NCBI RefSeq assembly: GCF_006345805.1 | Contig: NC_043007.1 | Coordinates: forward strand, 25,482,001 to 25,546,000 | From: Octopus sinensis | Taxonomy: Eukaryota | Direction: 5' to 3' | Length of the DNA: 64,000 nt | In this document: positions 1 to 10,638 of the stretch, piece by piece | Numbering within the stretch: the stretch's first letter is position 1 | Layout: every line of letters starts with the position of its first letter | Program-made: the position numbers and the translations under genes | The notes under the pieces: generated by a model | Told to the model about the DNA's origin: nothing | The model's database searches: none | What the model saw: the letters and a program-made list of their open reading frames with translations, nothing else

Positions 1-199
1 CTACCTTGAGCAGTGCTTTTATTGAAGCTGCACTTTTGGGTCTGCTCTAAAGGCCCAACTGTGAAGCTGAACTTAGAATATATATATATATACTCTGCAA
101 GCTAAGTATTGAGAATTTTTTTTTTTTTCACTAATAATGCGAATCTTATATACAACTCTTTGCTCATGACAGACGACCTTTCAGTGCTTCCCCAAGTTG

Positions 200-365
200 A
201 TGTTGAGTGGAAGGGCATCTGGCCCTAAACATTCTGGCAAAAATACATGATATACTCAAACAACAAAGATTGGTGGTTTTCTCTTCCATTGTGGCAAGAT
301 ACTGATTGGATACAAAGTTATCTAACCCATGCCAGCATGAAAAAATAGACATAAAATGATGGTGA
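200..365 (+). mobile_element. Degenerate SINE tail module G
   Basis: GGAAGGGCATC ... AACCCATGCCAGCATGAAAAA ... ATGATGGTGAT, homologous to the 3' part of 6488-6917 and to 62455-62740. Confidence 0.5.
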
Positions 366-384
366 TAAACGTATACAAAATGCA

Positions 385-690
385 CCAATCTGTACTCCTC
401 TTTTCTTTTCCTAAACTTACTTCACTGGCATCTGCTCCTCAGAGCTGGTTGCCCTTGCATAACCTGTATACGGGCACTCTGAACTCACTTGTTTCCCCTT
501 CTCATCACCCATATTGTTTACCCAACCCCTTCCCCAAACTTTGCATTAAATCCCCTACATCCTAAAACTTCCTCCCCGGGACATCAGCATTTTCAGATTC
601 CCACCTTGCACACATGAATTTTCTGCAGCCGTCATCTTGCAACTGTTTCAAAAGGAACATTAATTATATTGATCTGACCGGTCTTGGAAG
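385..690 (+). pseudogene. CR1/Jockey-group LINE 3' coding remnant
   Basis: Frameshifted translation gives YFTGICSSELVALA, SHHPYCLP and NFLPGTSA...FKRNINY, resembling the recalled post-RT C-terminus of CR1/Jockey-type LINEs (YFHGxCSxEL...HPY...SFFPRT...FKR). Confidence 0.5.
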
Positions 691-1164
691 GCCATTGAAG
701 GCCGTGGGCAGAATCCCTTCCTCCAGTCCCTACCACAAAAGAATGAATTATAGAAATACCGTGACAAAAATGCGATTCTCCAATCAATTATGTAAAAGCA
801 CATCCAAGACTTTTTGATATTCAAAGGAATGACTGTTCCAGAAAATCATTAAATTCTTGCATCCTGCTGAAACCTGTCTAATTTTCTGAGATTGCCATCC
901 ATTCTTAAGTGTTTGGTGCTGATTTCAAAGTTACTGTGCATTTTGTCAACTTGAAATGAATGACTTTTGTGAATTCATTTGTTTTATTGCTCTAAGTCCG
1001 TTTAACCTTTGTGATGCTGAGATCATTCACCTGTGACAGTCTCTAGCTCTTTGTTACCGAACCATCTGAGATCACCCCTGGGTGGGTGATGCAGAATTCG
1101 TTTTGAAGTGTTTGTCCTTAAATTAAAAGCATCCAATATAATTTTTATCTCTCTTTTTCGTATT

Positions 1165-1540
1165 CTACTTGCTTAAGTAATTGGTCTGTGGCCATGCTGG
1201 GGCACTGCATTGAAGGGATTAGTCAAACAAATCAGCCCCTTTACTTATTTTTAAGTGTGGTACTTATTCTCTCTGTCACTTTTGCTGAACCACTAAGTTA
1301 CGGGGATGTAAACAAACCAACACCTGGTGTCGAGCATTGGTGAGAGACAAACACAAAGACACACATACATATATGCATATAACAGGCTTCCACACATTTT
1401 CCACCTACTGAATTCACTCACAAGGCATCAGTCAACCCAGAGCTATGTTGAAAGCACTTACCCAAAGTATTGCATAGAGGGACTGAACCTGAAACCATGT
1501 GGTTGCAAAACAAGCTTCTTAACCACATGGCCAAGCCTAT
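1165..1540 (-). mobile_element. SINE-A, diverged
   Basis: Colinear with the other SINE-A copies, many substitutions. Confidence 0.75.
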
Positions 1541-1784
1541 AAAAAATATTTTAGTTAAGTTTGAAATGCTAGAATACTCTTGGACAAATTGGTTTTTTCG
1601 CTGAGCCCTTCCAAATTTTTGATTATTTCCCAAATTAATTGACACACATGAACAGTCATAATTGTTTAGAAGCATGGCCATGAATGGATCAAACTTTGAT
1701 TTATATTTTTGATTTTGAATTTTTCTCAAGTAATAAAACTAAGAAATGCATTGTTACCATTTTCATCGCTTTCAGGTAATTAAA

Positions 1785-1945
1785 TGGTGAAGTGGTGGAA
1801 TGGTTAGAATGTTGGATGAAATGACTTGTGGTATTTGTTCTAACTCTCTGCACTCTGAGTTCAGATCTTGCTGAGATCATCTTTCCTTTTAGCATTTCAG
1901 GGTTGATAAATAAAGTACCAATCCAGAGCAGTGGGCTGGTGGAAC
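1785..1945 (+). mobile_element. SINE-B-short, degenerate
   Basis: CTGAGTTCAGATC B-box region followed by GGGTTGATAAATAAAGTACC. Confidence 0.55.
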
Positions 1946-2052
1946 TGTTAGAGCATTGGACAAGATGTTTTGTGGTTACTGTTGTGGCTGTTAGCATTTT
2001 GACAGCAACACCTGTTGTGATACTGGTATCAAACTATATCTGCTAGAATTAC

Positions 2053-2192
2053 CATTATTATGACTGGGTTCCAGCCCAGGCTGCAGCAACAAAGTTCACC
2101 TGCCACATGTCTCAGTCCATCTTCACTGCCTTGATGTCCTGGATACATTCCAGGCCTGTGTCTGCTATCAAGTTGTCGATGTAGGTGTGACA
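2053..2192 (-). pseudogene. RTE-type LINE 3' end (family 3)
   Basis: Minus strand reads TYIDNLIADTGLECIQDIKAVKMD*DMWQVNFV then a short (TAA)n tail; same motif class as the 31905 copy (YxDxxxxDTG...MMDREVW). Confidence 0.6.
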
Positions 2193-2212
2193 ACGTTTTC
2201 CTCATTTTACAT

Positions 2213-2497
2213 CACCATGAAGGCACCATTCAAGCGTGATTGTTACCAGTATCACCTTACTGGCACCTGTGCCGGTGGCATGTGTAAAAGGACTCGAGCG
2301 AGGTCATTGTCAATACCGGTGGCATGTAAAAGCACCCACTACACTCCCGGAGTGGTTGGCGTTAGGAAGGACATCCAGCTGTAGAAACTCTGCCAGATCA
2401 AGATTGGAGCCTGGTGCAGCCATCTGATTTGCCAGCCCTCAATCAAATCGTCCAACCCATGCTAGCATAGAAAGCGGATGTTAAACGATGATGATGA
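2213..2497 (+). mobile_element. Family C element (headless, hairpin array, (GAT)n tail)
   Basis: GGCACC/GTGCCGGTGGCATG units, GGTTGGCGTTAGGAAGGACATCC, tail GCGGATGTTAAACGATGATGATG. Confidence 0.85.
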
Positions 2498-2770
2498 AGT
2501 GGGTTCCACAAGACTAATTTGGATGCTACCTGTTCAGCTGTCTTTACCTGATTTTCTCACTAACTTTCAACAGGTTTCCATAAAGGCTAGAAATATCTCT
2601 TAGAAGAAAGAAAGAAAAATAAAAGATATACAATGGATAATGCAGTTCTAGATATACTTGGTCTGAAAAATAAGAGAAAAACAGGATGATCATTGCAAGA
2701 ATGTCTTTGGTCATTGGCATGCTTGTTTGTTGAGGGCCAGCCATGGAGCTAAGCAACAACAAGTATATGG

Positions 2771-2883
2771 AAGTGCTTTGTAAATATCTTCTCTACAGAC
2801 AGTAAATGACTAAATACTTTAGCTGCATGTGAAATTATGCAGCTGCTGCATGTGCATGTTGAATTATTCATCTGCTGTGCATG
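2771..2883 (+). promoter_or_regulatory. Candidate splicing-regulatory element (TGCATG x4) after a possible 3-nt exon
   Basis: TGCATG at 2824, 2847, 2853 and 2878 in non-microsatellite sequence; TCTTCTCTACAG|ACA|GTAAAT at 2787-2807. Confidence 0.3.
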
Positions 2884-3084
2884 TGCAGTGCAACACATGC
2901 AGCGATTCCCACAAATTAACGAGGAAGGGATATGTTTAAATAAGATCCATCTTTTAATACAATCAGAATGTTGGCTGGTTTGTTTGTTGGTTCGTTGGAA
3001 CGGCTAAATTAATTGATGAAATTTTCAAACATTGAGTTGGAAATTGATAAATAACAAAAATTATTGTGCTCAGGCATAATCAAA

Positions 3085-3121
3085 CTGTGTGTGTGTGTGT
3101 GTGAGCGGGGGAGAGAGAGAG

Positions 3122-3185
<64 letters not shown>
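3085..3185. repeat. (TG)n/(GA)n microsatellite
   Basis: Direct reading. Confidence 0.95.
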
Positions 3186-3587
3186 CACATTCTGAAGGTA
3201 TGCATGGTTAAATGCACAACTGGAAAGCCCAATGATGTTACATTAAGCTACTCATATGTCCTAATGGTTTTGCAGGTCAAATTTACTGGAGAGAGTGGAG
3301 ATTGTAGAAACGTTGTTCTTCGTTAATGAGAGGGAGAGAGGGAGAGAGGGAGAGAAAATAGTGGAAGCTGTGTTCTCAGAATCTTCAGAAGCTGTCATCA
3401 GGATGAAAGCACATAAAGAGCAATTGACTTTATCTGATGCTCGCATTTGGAATGATAGCCGTTCTGTAGAATAATTGGTAATGCAGTGTTCTTTTAAGTT
3501 CTAGACACATGGCTTGAGTACTAGGGTCTGTTTGTCTTCGTTTTCTCAAATTGGTGCTTCTATAATTCAAATATGATTTCATATCTT

Positions 3588-3810
3588 TTATCTTTTACTT
3601 GTTTCTGTCACTGGTCTGCAACCATACCGGGGTACTGCCTTGAAGGGTTCCGTCAAACAAATCCACCCATGTACTTAGTTTTTTAAGTCTGGTACTTATC
3701 CTCTCAGTCTCTCTTGCTAAGTTACTAATTTACAAGGACATAAACAAACCAACATCAGTTGTCATGTGATGGGGAAACGAATGCAACACACATACATACA
3801 CATGTCTGTG
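3588..3810 (-). mobile_element. SINE-A 3' half, diverged
   Basis: TCTTTTACTTGTTTC tail and body homology. Confidence 0.7.
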
Positions 3811-4050
3811 TGTATTTGTGTGTGTGTGTGTTTTAATCAAAGTGTACAGTATTATATATCCATTATGGTTGATCTTACCAGTCAGTTTTGCACTGGATTT
3901 TAAACTGGTTGGTAAGATTGGTTAGATGTTAGATAGCAGCATTGTTGCGTAGTACCACATGCTCATCAGAGCTGGCAGATATGGAAAAGACAAAACAAGA
4001 AACTGCTACCTCTGATGAGCATTCTTAAACAACTCTTTTTCTTTTTTTTT

Positions 4051-4464
4051 ATTCTTTTACTTGTTTCAGTCATGTGACTGTGGCCATGCTGGAGCACCGC
4101 CTTTAGTCGATCGAATCGACCCCAGGACTTATTCTTTGTAAGCCTAGTACTTATTTTATCGGTCTCTTTTTGCCGAACCGCTAAGTTATGGGGGACGTAA
4201 ACACACCAGCATCGGTTGTCAAGTGATGTTGGGGGTACAAACACAGACACACAAACACGCACATACACATATATATATATATATACATATATATATACAT
4301 ATATACGACGAGCTTCTTTCAGTTTCCGTCTACCAAATCCACTCACAAGGCTTTGGTCGGCCCGAGGCTATAGTAGAAGACACTTACCCAAGGTGCCACG
4401 CAGTGGGACTGAACCCGGAACCAAGTGGTTCGTAAGCAAGCTACTTACCACACAGCCACTCCTG
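4051..4464 (-). mobile_element. SINE-A, full length
   Basis: tRNA-like head GCAGGAGTGGCTGTGTGG (A box) ... GGTTCAGTCC (B box), internal (TA)/(TG) microsatellite, tail AAACAAGTAAAAGA; about 20 copies or fragments in the window. Confidence 0.95.
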
Positions 4465-5000
4465 CAACCAGAGAAGGGCCACTTTTTTGATTGGCATTAA
4501 ATAACTATCTGACATGTTCCAACCTCTGAACCATAAGTGTGTTGTCTCCTCTTTGTCATTTAATAATAACCTCTGTTTCTTGGTGGACAGTGATCCACTC
4601 ATTGCTTCCCTTCTTCTCATCACCCTTTTTGCATTCCACCCCCAAACACCACCATACCTATGCCCCAGAACTTTGATTCTCTGGGATCACATCACTACTC
4701 ATGTCTTTTTCCTGCAGGTGTAATGACCTGCTATAGTTTAAATGGAGCATTGATGGTATGAATCTCACTTTTCTCCCCTGTTCTCGACTCCGGACTGTCT
4801 TTTCTGCTTCTCTCTGTTTCCTCAGCCCTGCTTCCTGTTGGATTTTACTGCACTGAGTTGTACCTTTGTACCTTCTGTACCTTTGCTTTTTTTTCTGGGA
4901 TGGGCTGTTTGCCCTAAGCAAATCCATTTTAACATCTGGAAGGTGGTCCATATAAGCTTGGCCTCTAAACTTTGACCTATCCAGCATGGGAGGCCCTACC

Positions 5001-5197
5001 AGGCCCCCATGCTTGAACCCAACCTAGGCCCCCATATCTACAGCATTCACTGCTGGAATAAGGAGTGGTTAGCGATCACGTGGTCGTTAGCGTCAAATCG
5101 CCAGGCCCGGTCGGCGTTTGTGAGAGATGCAGCATTGAGGATGAATGAAGCCAGCTCAACCCACCCCGTGTGAATGCTGTAAGAAGAAGAAGAAGGC
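5001..5197 (+). mobile_element. 5'-truncated RTE-type LINE (family 2) with TSD
   Basis: Frame from 5003: APMLEPNLGPHIYSIHCWNKEWLAITWSLASNRQARSAFVRDAALRMNEASSTHPV*, then (GAA)n tail; 12-bp direct repeat GGAGGCCCTACC at 4989-5000 and 5198-5209. Confidence 0.75.
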
Positions 5198-6021
5198 GGA
5201 GGCCCTACCCGGATCTTGTGTTCTGCTGGCATAGCTCTATGGGTCAGTAGGGCATACAAGCCACAACAATGCAACAAAAACTGGACCTCATGGTGGAAAA
5301 AAAGTTATCACAACTTTTCTTCATTTGTTACTTGGAGGATCTTACAAATTAAGAAACCCTGAGTAGCATTGAAGAGAATCATCAATTTTGAACAAACAGA
5401 TAAACACTGTTACATGTATTTGTTACTCTTTCTCCTGGTTGTAAATCTGTCTATCTCTATGTGTGGATATGTGTGTATATCTCTCTGTCAGTCTGTCTCT
5501 CTCTTGCACACTTGTATGTATGAATGTATGAGGGTAAATGTGTATGTACATATATCATCATCATCATCATATGCATATGTATTTATAGGTGTGTGTGTAT
5601 TTTAATAAATGGTTATCATGACTTTTCTACCATGTAATTGCTTCGTTTTCAACAAACAATCTCCAATCAAGTCACTTGTGAAACTAGTACAACACTCCAA
5701 AATTGGTTTTTAAATGTTTTGTGCGAACATCACCTAATATAAAATATATTTCATTTTATTGCTAATAATGTGTTGTTACGATGAAATTAGTCTATTCTCT
5801 TCACTACGTCCTTCAGAAAGTAATTATTTTGCCACAGCTAACTTCATTGGTCACTTGCCATGTTTTAACAGCAGCAAGCATAACAGTTTTACTTCAATCT
5901 GCGAAATGAAAATTCTGGTTAAACACACACACATAAACATACACTTAACTCAAGAGAATTTCTCTTTCTCTTGTGCAGAAGGAAGGATGTGAGTCTAGTG
6001 TGTGTGTGTGTGTTTGTGTGT

Positions 6022-6320
6022 ATACTCTTTTACTTGATTCAGTCATTTGACTGTGTGGTCATGCTGGAGCACCGCCTTTAGTCGAGGAAATCGACCCCAG
6101 GACTTATTCTTTGTAAGCCTTGTACTTATTCTATCGGTCTCTTTTTGCCGAACTGCTAAGTTACGGGGACATAAACACACCAGCATCGGTTGTCAAGTGA
6201 TGTTGGGGGGAACAAACACAGACACACAAACACACACACATATATATATACATATACATATATATATGACGGGCTTCTTTCAGTTTCCGTCTACCAAATC
6301 CATTCACAAGGCTTTTATCA
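6022..6320 (-). mobile_element. SINE-A lacking head
   Basis: Tail and body match; ends within the post-head region. Confidence 0.9.
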
Positions 6321-6487
6321 ACTTCAGAAAGATGAGAAAAAACACAGCTAATCAGGGTAGGATATGACATCAGTACATAAACGGATGTAACTAAATACAA
6401 GATATTTCATCTAATGGCCCACTCACAAGTCTCATCTGAACTAAGTAAACTTGTAGAAAAGTAAGTGCTAAAATGATGATGATTATG

Positions 6488-6917
6488 AAGCGCTGGGTTA
6501 AGAAACTTGTGTCACAACCATGTGGTTTTGGGTTCATTCCCACTGCATAGCACCTTGGGCAAGTGTCTTCTACTAAAGCTCTGAGCCACCCAGAGCGCTG
6601 TGAGTGGATTTAGTAGATGGGGACAGAAAGCTGCTCATCATGTGTTTGTGTATATGATAGGTGTGTAAGTGTTTGTGTATATCCGTGTCTGGATATCACA
6701 GTGATGGTTGTAAATGAGCATCATTGTCATTCAAGTGAAGTTGTTTGTTTCTAGTCATCCATGAAAAACATGTCTAGCTATTGAAAAATAGTTCCTTTAC
6801 TTGGAAACCAGTGGAGGTTGGTGACAGGAAGGGTATCCAACTATAGAAAATCTGACTCAACAAATTCTGTCTGACCCATGCCAGCATGGAAAACTGGATG
6901 ATAAATGATGATGATGG
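6488..6917 (+). mobile_element. SINE with A-type head and G-type tail
   Basis: A-like head (GGGTTCATTCCCACTGCATAGCACCTTGGGCAAG) then a different body ending GGAAGGGTATCC...CCCATGCCAGCATGGAAAA...(GAT)n. Confidence 0.75.
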
Positions 6918-6937
6918 TGATATATATATATATAACT

Positions 6938-7277
6938 GAGACTCCCTTCGGTCACGACACTGACCATGGGATTGCACCTAGAAAGTTACCGTCCTAGACA
7001 CAAGTCCGGGTAAGGTTGTTTATGGAAGACCAGCCTTCACCCATGCATACTGGCCTCCCCTCTCCACGCCACCGATGTTATCCAAGGGAATGGCAAAGGG
7101 GCCGATACAGCTTGGCACCCGTGACGTCGCAACTCATTTCTACAGCTGAGTGAACTGGAGCAACGTGAAATAAAGTGTCTTGCTCAAGAGCACAACATGC
7201 AGCCCAGTCCAGGATTCGAGCTCACAACCTGACAATCGTAAGCTCGATGCTCTAACCACTGAGCCATGCGCCTTCAC
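6938..7277 (-). mobile_element. SINE D head + tail 2
   Basis: Minus strand head GTGAAGGCGCATGGCTCAGTGGTTAG...GCTCGAATCC, core CTTGAGCAAGACACTTTATTTCACGTTGCTCCAG; second copy at 50764-51080; flanked by (TA)n. Confidence 0.9.
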
Positions 7278-7289
7278 TATATATATATA

Positions 7290-7578
7290 TGATGGGCTCT
7301 CCCATCGAAGATGATGTATGAGTCTTCAGCTTTTTTACCGAACGACCTGCACAAATAATTTGCTTATTGTGTTGTACATTAGCTCACTCTCACCCCATCA
7401 AATCGACATTGTCTGAACAGTGTTCCACACATCAGGTTGAAGTGACCACACATACACACATGTGAGATGCAGTGTTTTGCTTAAGAGCACCACACACCAC
7501 CTGGTCTAGCAATTGATTGAGACCACAATCTCATGATTGTGAGTACAGCACGCTAAACCACCAGGCAATGCCTCCTCA
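7290..7578 (-). mobile_element. SINE D head + a different tail (tail 4), diverged
   Basis: Minus strand GTGAGGAGGCATTGCCTGGTGGTTTAG head, CTCTTAAGCAAAACAC core; 3' part unrelated to tails 1-3. Confidence 0.55.
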
Positions 7579-7579
7579 C

Positions 7580-7627
<48 letters not shown>

Positions 7628-7659
7628 ATATACTTTATTTAAAGCAGCAGAAAATTCAA

Positions 7660-7709
7660 CAAAATCTGTTACTCTGAGTTTCTCGTTGCCGTTCATCAGA
7701 TAGTTTTTG
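7660..7709 (-). ncRNA. Minimal type I hammerhead motif, inverted copy
   Basis: Mirror image of 7714-7763; one stem I change (CTAT instead of CTGT). Confidence 0.7.
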
Positions 7710-7713
7710 CTAG

Positions 7714-7763
7714 CAAAAACTGTCTGATGAACGGCAACGAGAAACTCAGAGTAACAGATTTTG
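7714..7763 (+). ncRNA. Minimal type I hammerhead ribozyme motif
   Basis: Stem I 5' CAAAAACTGT; core CTGATGA 7724-7730; stem II A-CG-GCAA-CG-A; GAAA 7741-7744; palindromic stem III ACTC-A-GAGT; GUA cleavage triplet 7751-7753; stem I 3' ACAGATTTTG. Confidence 0.8.
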
Positions 7764-7860
7764 TTGAATTTTCTGCTGCTTTAAATAAAGCATATTACTC
7801 TACCACTGGTATTTGAGTACTCTTTTTTTCCACCTTGTTTCACATTTATGTGTTTACTCT

Positions 7861-7902
<42 letters not shown>

Positions 7903-8108
7903 ATATATATATATGTGTGTATGTGTATGTGTGTGTCTTCAATATTTCATCTATTCAATAAAACAATCAATACTTCATTTCATTTTACTATATATATATT
8001 ATTTATACTATATATTCTATAATCTACATTAATATTATAAAGAATATAAATAAAACATAAAAAACAGAAAGAGTTGGAATTCCTTTGAATAATATATATA
8101 TATATAAT

Positions 8109-8145
<37 letters not shown>

Positions 8146-8151
8146 GTGTAT

Positions 8152-8456
8152 ATCAAAATCAAATCAAGATCGAAATCAAAATGGAAATAGTAGGTGTGGC
8201 CGATACCAGTGCCGCCTGACTGGCACCAATGCTGATGGTACATAAAAGTGCCCCCTGACTGGATTCCATGCTGGTAGCACATAAAGAGCATCCACTACAC
8301 TCTTGGAGTGGTTGGCATTAGGAAGTGCACCCAGCTGTAGAAACCATGCCAGATCAGACTGGAGCTTGGTGCAGCCTTGTGGCTTGCCAGTCCCCATTCA
8401 AACCATCAAACCTATACCAGCATGGAAAACGGACATTAAACGATGATGATGATGAT
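8152..8456 (+). mobile_element. Family C element
   Basis: Starts ATCAAAATCAAATCAAGATCGAAATCAAAATGGAAAT, ends GGACATTAAACGATGATGATG. Confidence 0.85.
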
Positions 8457-8484
8457 ATCTATATATATATTATATTATATTAAC

Positions 8485-8880
8485 ACTAGCAGTATCGCCC
8501 GGCGTTGCTCGGGTTTGTAAGGGAAATAACTATATAAGCATTTTTAGAGATGTAAAGTATAATAGCCATCTCAATATGGCTAACCACAAAGGGGGGGTGT
8601 AACTGTAGCTTTTTACGTTCTGAGATTTAATAATAAATTTTTAGAGAGTTACTTCCCTTATATATGCCAAAAATGCATTAAAAATGGGAAAAATTGATGG
8701 TAAATTTTTTATAAAATTGTAGACTCATCGTAGACGCGCACTACCCAGAAAGGCTCGATATGAATCACGACTATAAGTTACCCAGTTTTGGTTTAAACTG
8801 CCCCGCAAAATGTGGGAGTAGTTAGGAATCTAAATTGTAGGAGACAGACAGCACACAACCTCACTTTTATATATAAAGAT
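8485..8880 (+). mobile_element. Helentron-associated (HINE/DINE-like) element
   Basis: 5' ACTAGCAGTATCGCCCGGCGTTGCTCGGG and 3' CACTTTTATATATAAAGAT, the end structure recalled for DINE-1-like elements. Confidence 0.7.
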
Positions 8881-9020
8881 TTATCTTGGACAAAACTAAC
8901 TGTGACAGATTTTCTAAGGCTTTGATGCCTTTCCTGTTGCCTGTTTCCAGGTAAGGTCATATATCTTCTAGCCCTTTGAATAATGAACAGCTTCAAGGCC
9001 AGGTATATTTCCATGTTAGT

Positions 9021-9180
9021 TTGTAAACAATGACAGTTCGCACATAGATGGTGACCTTGTTTTCTCATGGTGTGCAAACAACATGCAGTTCAATAGCCGG
9101 GTGTCTTTTCATCACAGATTGTAAACAACAACAATATTTACCTGAACGGTGACCTTGTTTTTACTCAGTGTGCAAACAAT
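9021..9180 (+). promoter_or_regulatory. Duplicated motif cassette, candidate enhancer
   Basis: GTAAACAA (9023, 9121), TGACCTTG (9052, 9150), GCAAACAA (9074, 9172): identical spacing, diverged linkers. Confidence 0.35.
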
Positions 9181-9220
9181 GTCAAGACCGTGGGAAAACA
9201 CTCCTACACACATGCATATT

Positions 9221-9780
9221 GCGCAGGAGCAGCTGTGTGGTAAGTAACTTGCTTACCAACCACGTGGTTCCGGGTTCAGTCCCACAGCATGGCACCTTGG
9301 GCAAGTGTCTTCTACTATAGCCTCAGGCCGACCAAAGCCTTGTGAGTGGATTTGGTAGGCAGAAACTTAAAGGAGCCCGTCGTATATATGTATATATATA
9401 TATATGTATATCTGTATGTATATATATACACACACACACACACACATATATATGTAAAGAAATAATTGAGATTCAGTTGAACTAGGTACTTAAGTTGAAG
9501 CACCAAATCAGTGTGGTGAATAAAATTGAAATCAAAATCCTGTTGCTTATTTTGTTTATATATGTATGTATATGTTTGTGTGCCTATGTTTGTCCTCCCC
9601 CAACCACCATCACTTGACAACCGTTGCTGGTGTGTTTACGTCCCCATAACTTAGCTGTTCGGCAAAAAGTGACTGATAGAATAAGTACTAGGCTGACAAA
9701 GAATATGTCTTGGGGGTCGATTTGTTCGACTAAAGGCCGTGCTCAGTCAAATAAGTGAAGCAAATAAAAGAGTAAAAGAG
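9221..9780 (+). mobile_element. SINE-A with a nested fragment in its microsatellite
   Basis: Full head and tail; 9455-9560 is homologous to 37083-37238. Confidence 0.9.
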
Positions 9781-10047
9781 TGTGTGTGTGTGTGTATGTA
9801 TGTGTGTATGTATGTATGTATGTATATGCATACACACACACACATATATAAATAAATACCTGCATGATTGTGTGGTAAGAAGCTTGCTTCTGAACCACAT
9901 GACTCTGGGTTCATTCCCACTGTGGCACCTTGGGTAGGTACCTGTTAGTATAGACTCAGGCTCTGAGTACAAATGTTTTGTTTTCAGAAGTTTTGAATTA
10001 AAATCTTCCACCAAACCTTAGTCACAATTAATGTACCTACTACTAGC

Positions 10048-10271
10048 TTAACCCTTTTGTTACTAACCCGGCCAAAACCGGCTCTGGCTCTGTGGTAATA
10101 TGTCCTGCTTTCATAAGTTTTGAATTAAAATATTTCACTAAGCCTTAGTCACAATTTATGTTCCAAACACTAGCTTAATGATGACTAAGTTATTTTACAA
10201 AATCCTTTGTTATATCTAAAATAATTGAGAGAAACACTGAACATCTCAACAGAAATACACGAAAGAGTTAA
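10048..10271 (+). mobile_element. piggyBac-like MITE (TTAA-CCCTTT ends); partial older copy at 9946-10047
   Basis: TTAA at both ends, CCCTTTTGTTAC left TIR; reverse-oriented copy at 55278-55505. Confidence 0.7.
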
Positions 10272-10343
10272 AGAATATTGTGAGTTGGAATCAGAGTCTG
10301 TTTCTCCGACTCTTGTTTTACTAACTCCATGACTCTAACTCCA

Positions 10344-10638
10344 CAGCCCGGTGGCATGTTAAAAGCACCATCCGATCGTGGCCCATTGCCAGCCTCACTT
10401 GGCCCCCGTGCCAGTGGCACGTAAAAGGCACCATCTGATCGTGGCCGTTTGCCAGCCTTGTCTGGCATGTAAAAGCACCCACTATACTCACCGAGTGGTT
10501 GGCGTTAGGAAGGGCATCCAGCCATAGAAACATTGCCAGATCAGACTGGGCCTGGTGCAGCCTTCTGGCTTCTCAGACCCCAGTTGAACCGTCCAACCCA
10601 TGCTAGCATGGAAAGCAGATGCTAAATGATGATGATGA
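10344..10638 (+). mobile_element. Family C element
   Basis: Three TGGCA(C/T)GT(T)AAAAG(G)CACC units then conserved 3' domain and (GAT)n. Confidence 0.85.

Larger units (their letters stand above)
7631..7862. mobile_element. (TA)n-embedded fold-back element, probable Penelope-like pLTR remnant
   Basis: 79-bp inverted arms 7633-7711/7712-7790 with one mismatch (7701/7722); each arm carries a hammerhead motif; (TA)n on both sides. Confidence 0.7.

Noticed and set aside
3276-3477. Exon after TTTTGCAG
   Set aside because: All three frames hit stops before the weak donor, and part of it is GA microsatellite
4658-4987. 109-aa minus-strand ORF as a gene or LINE piece
   Set aside because: No motif I can recognise with confidence and no splice support; could be an old LINE linker; needs blastx
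8920-8956. Recursive splice site TTTCCAG|GTAAGG
   Set aside because: The sequence is a decayed module G fragment (compare 62560-62610), so the signal is probably incidental; kept only as a possible cryptic site
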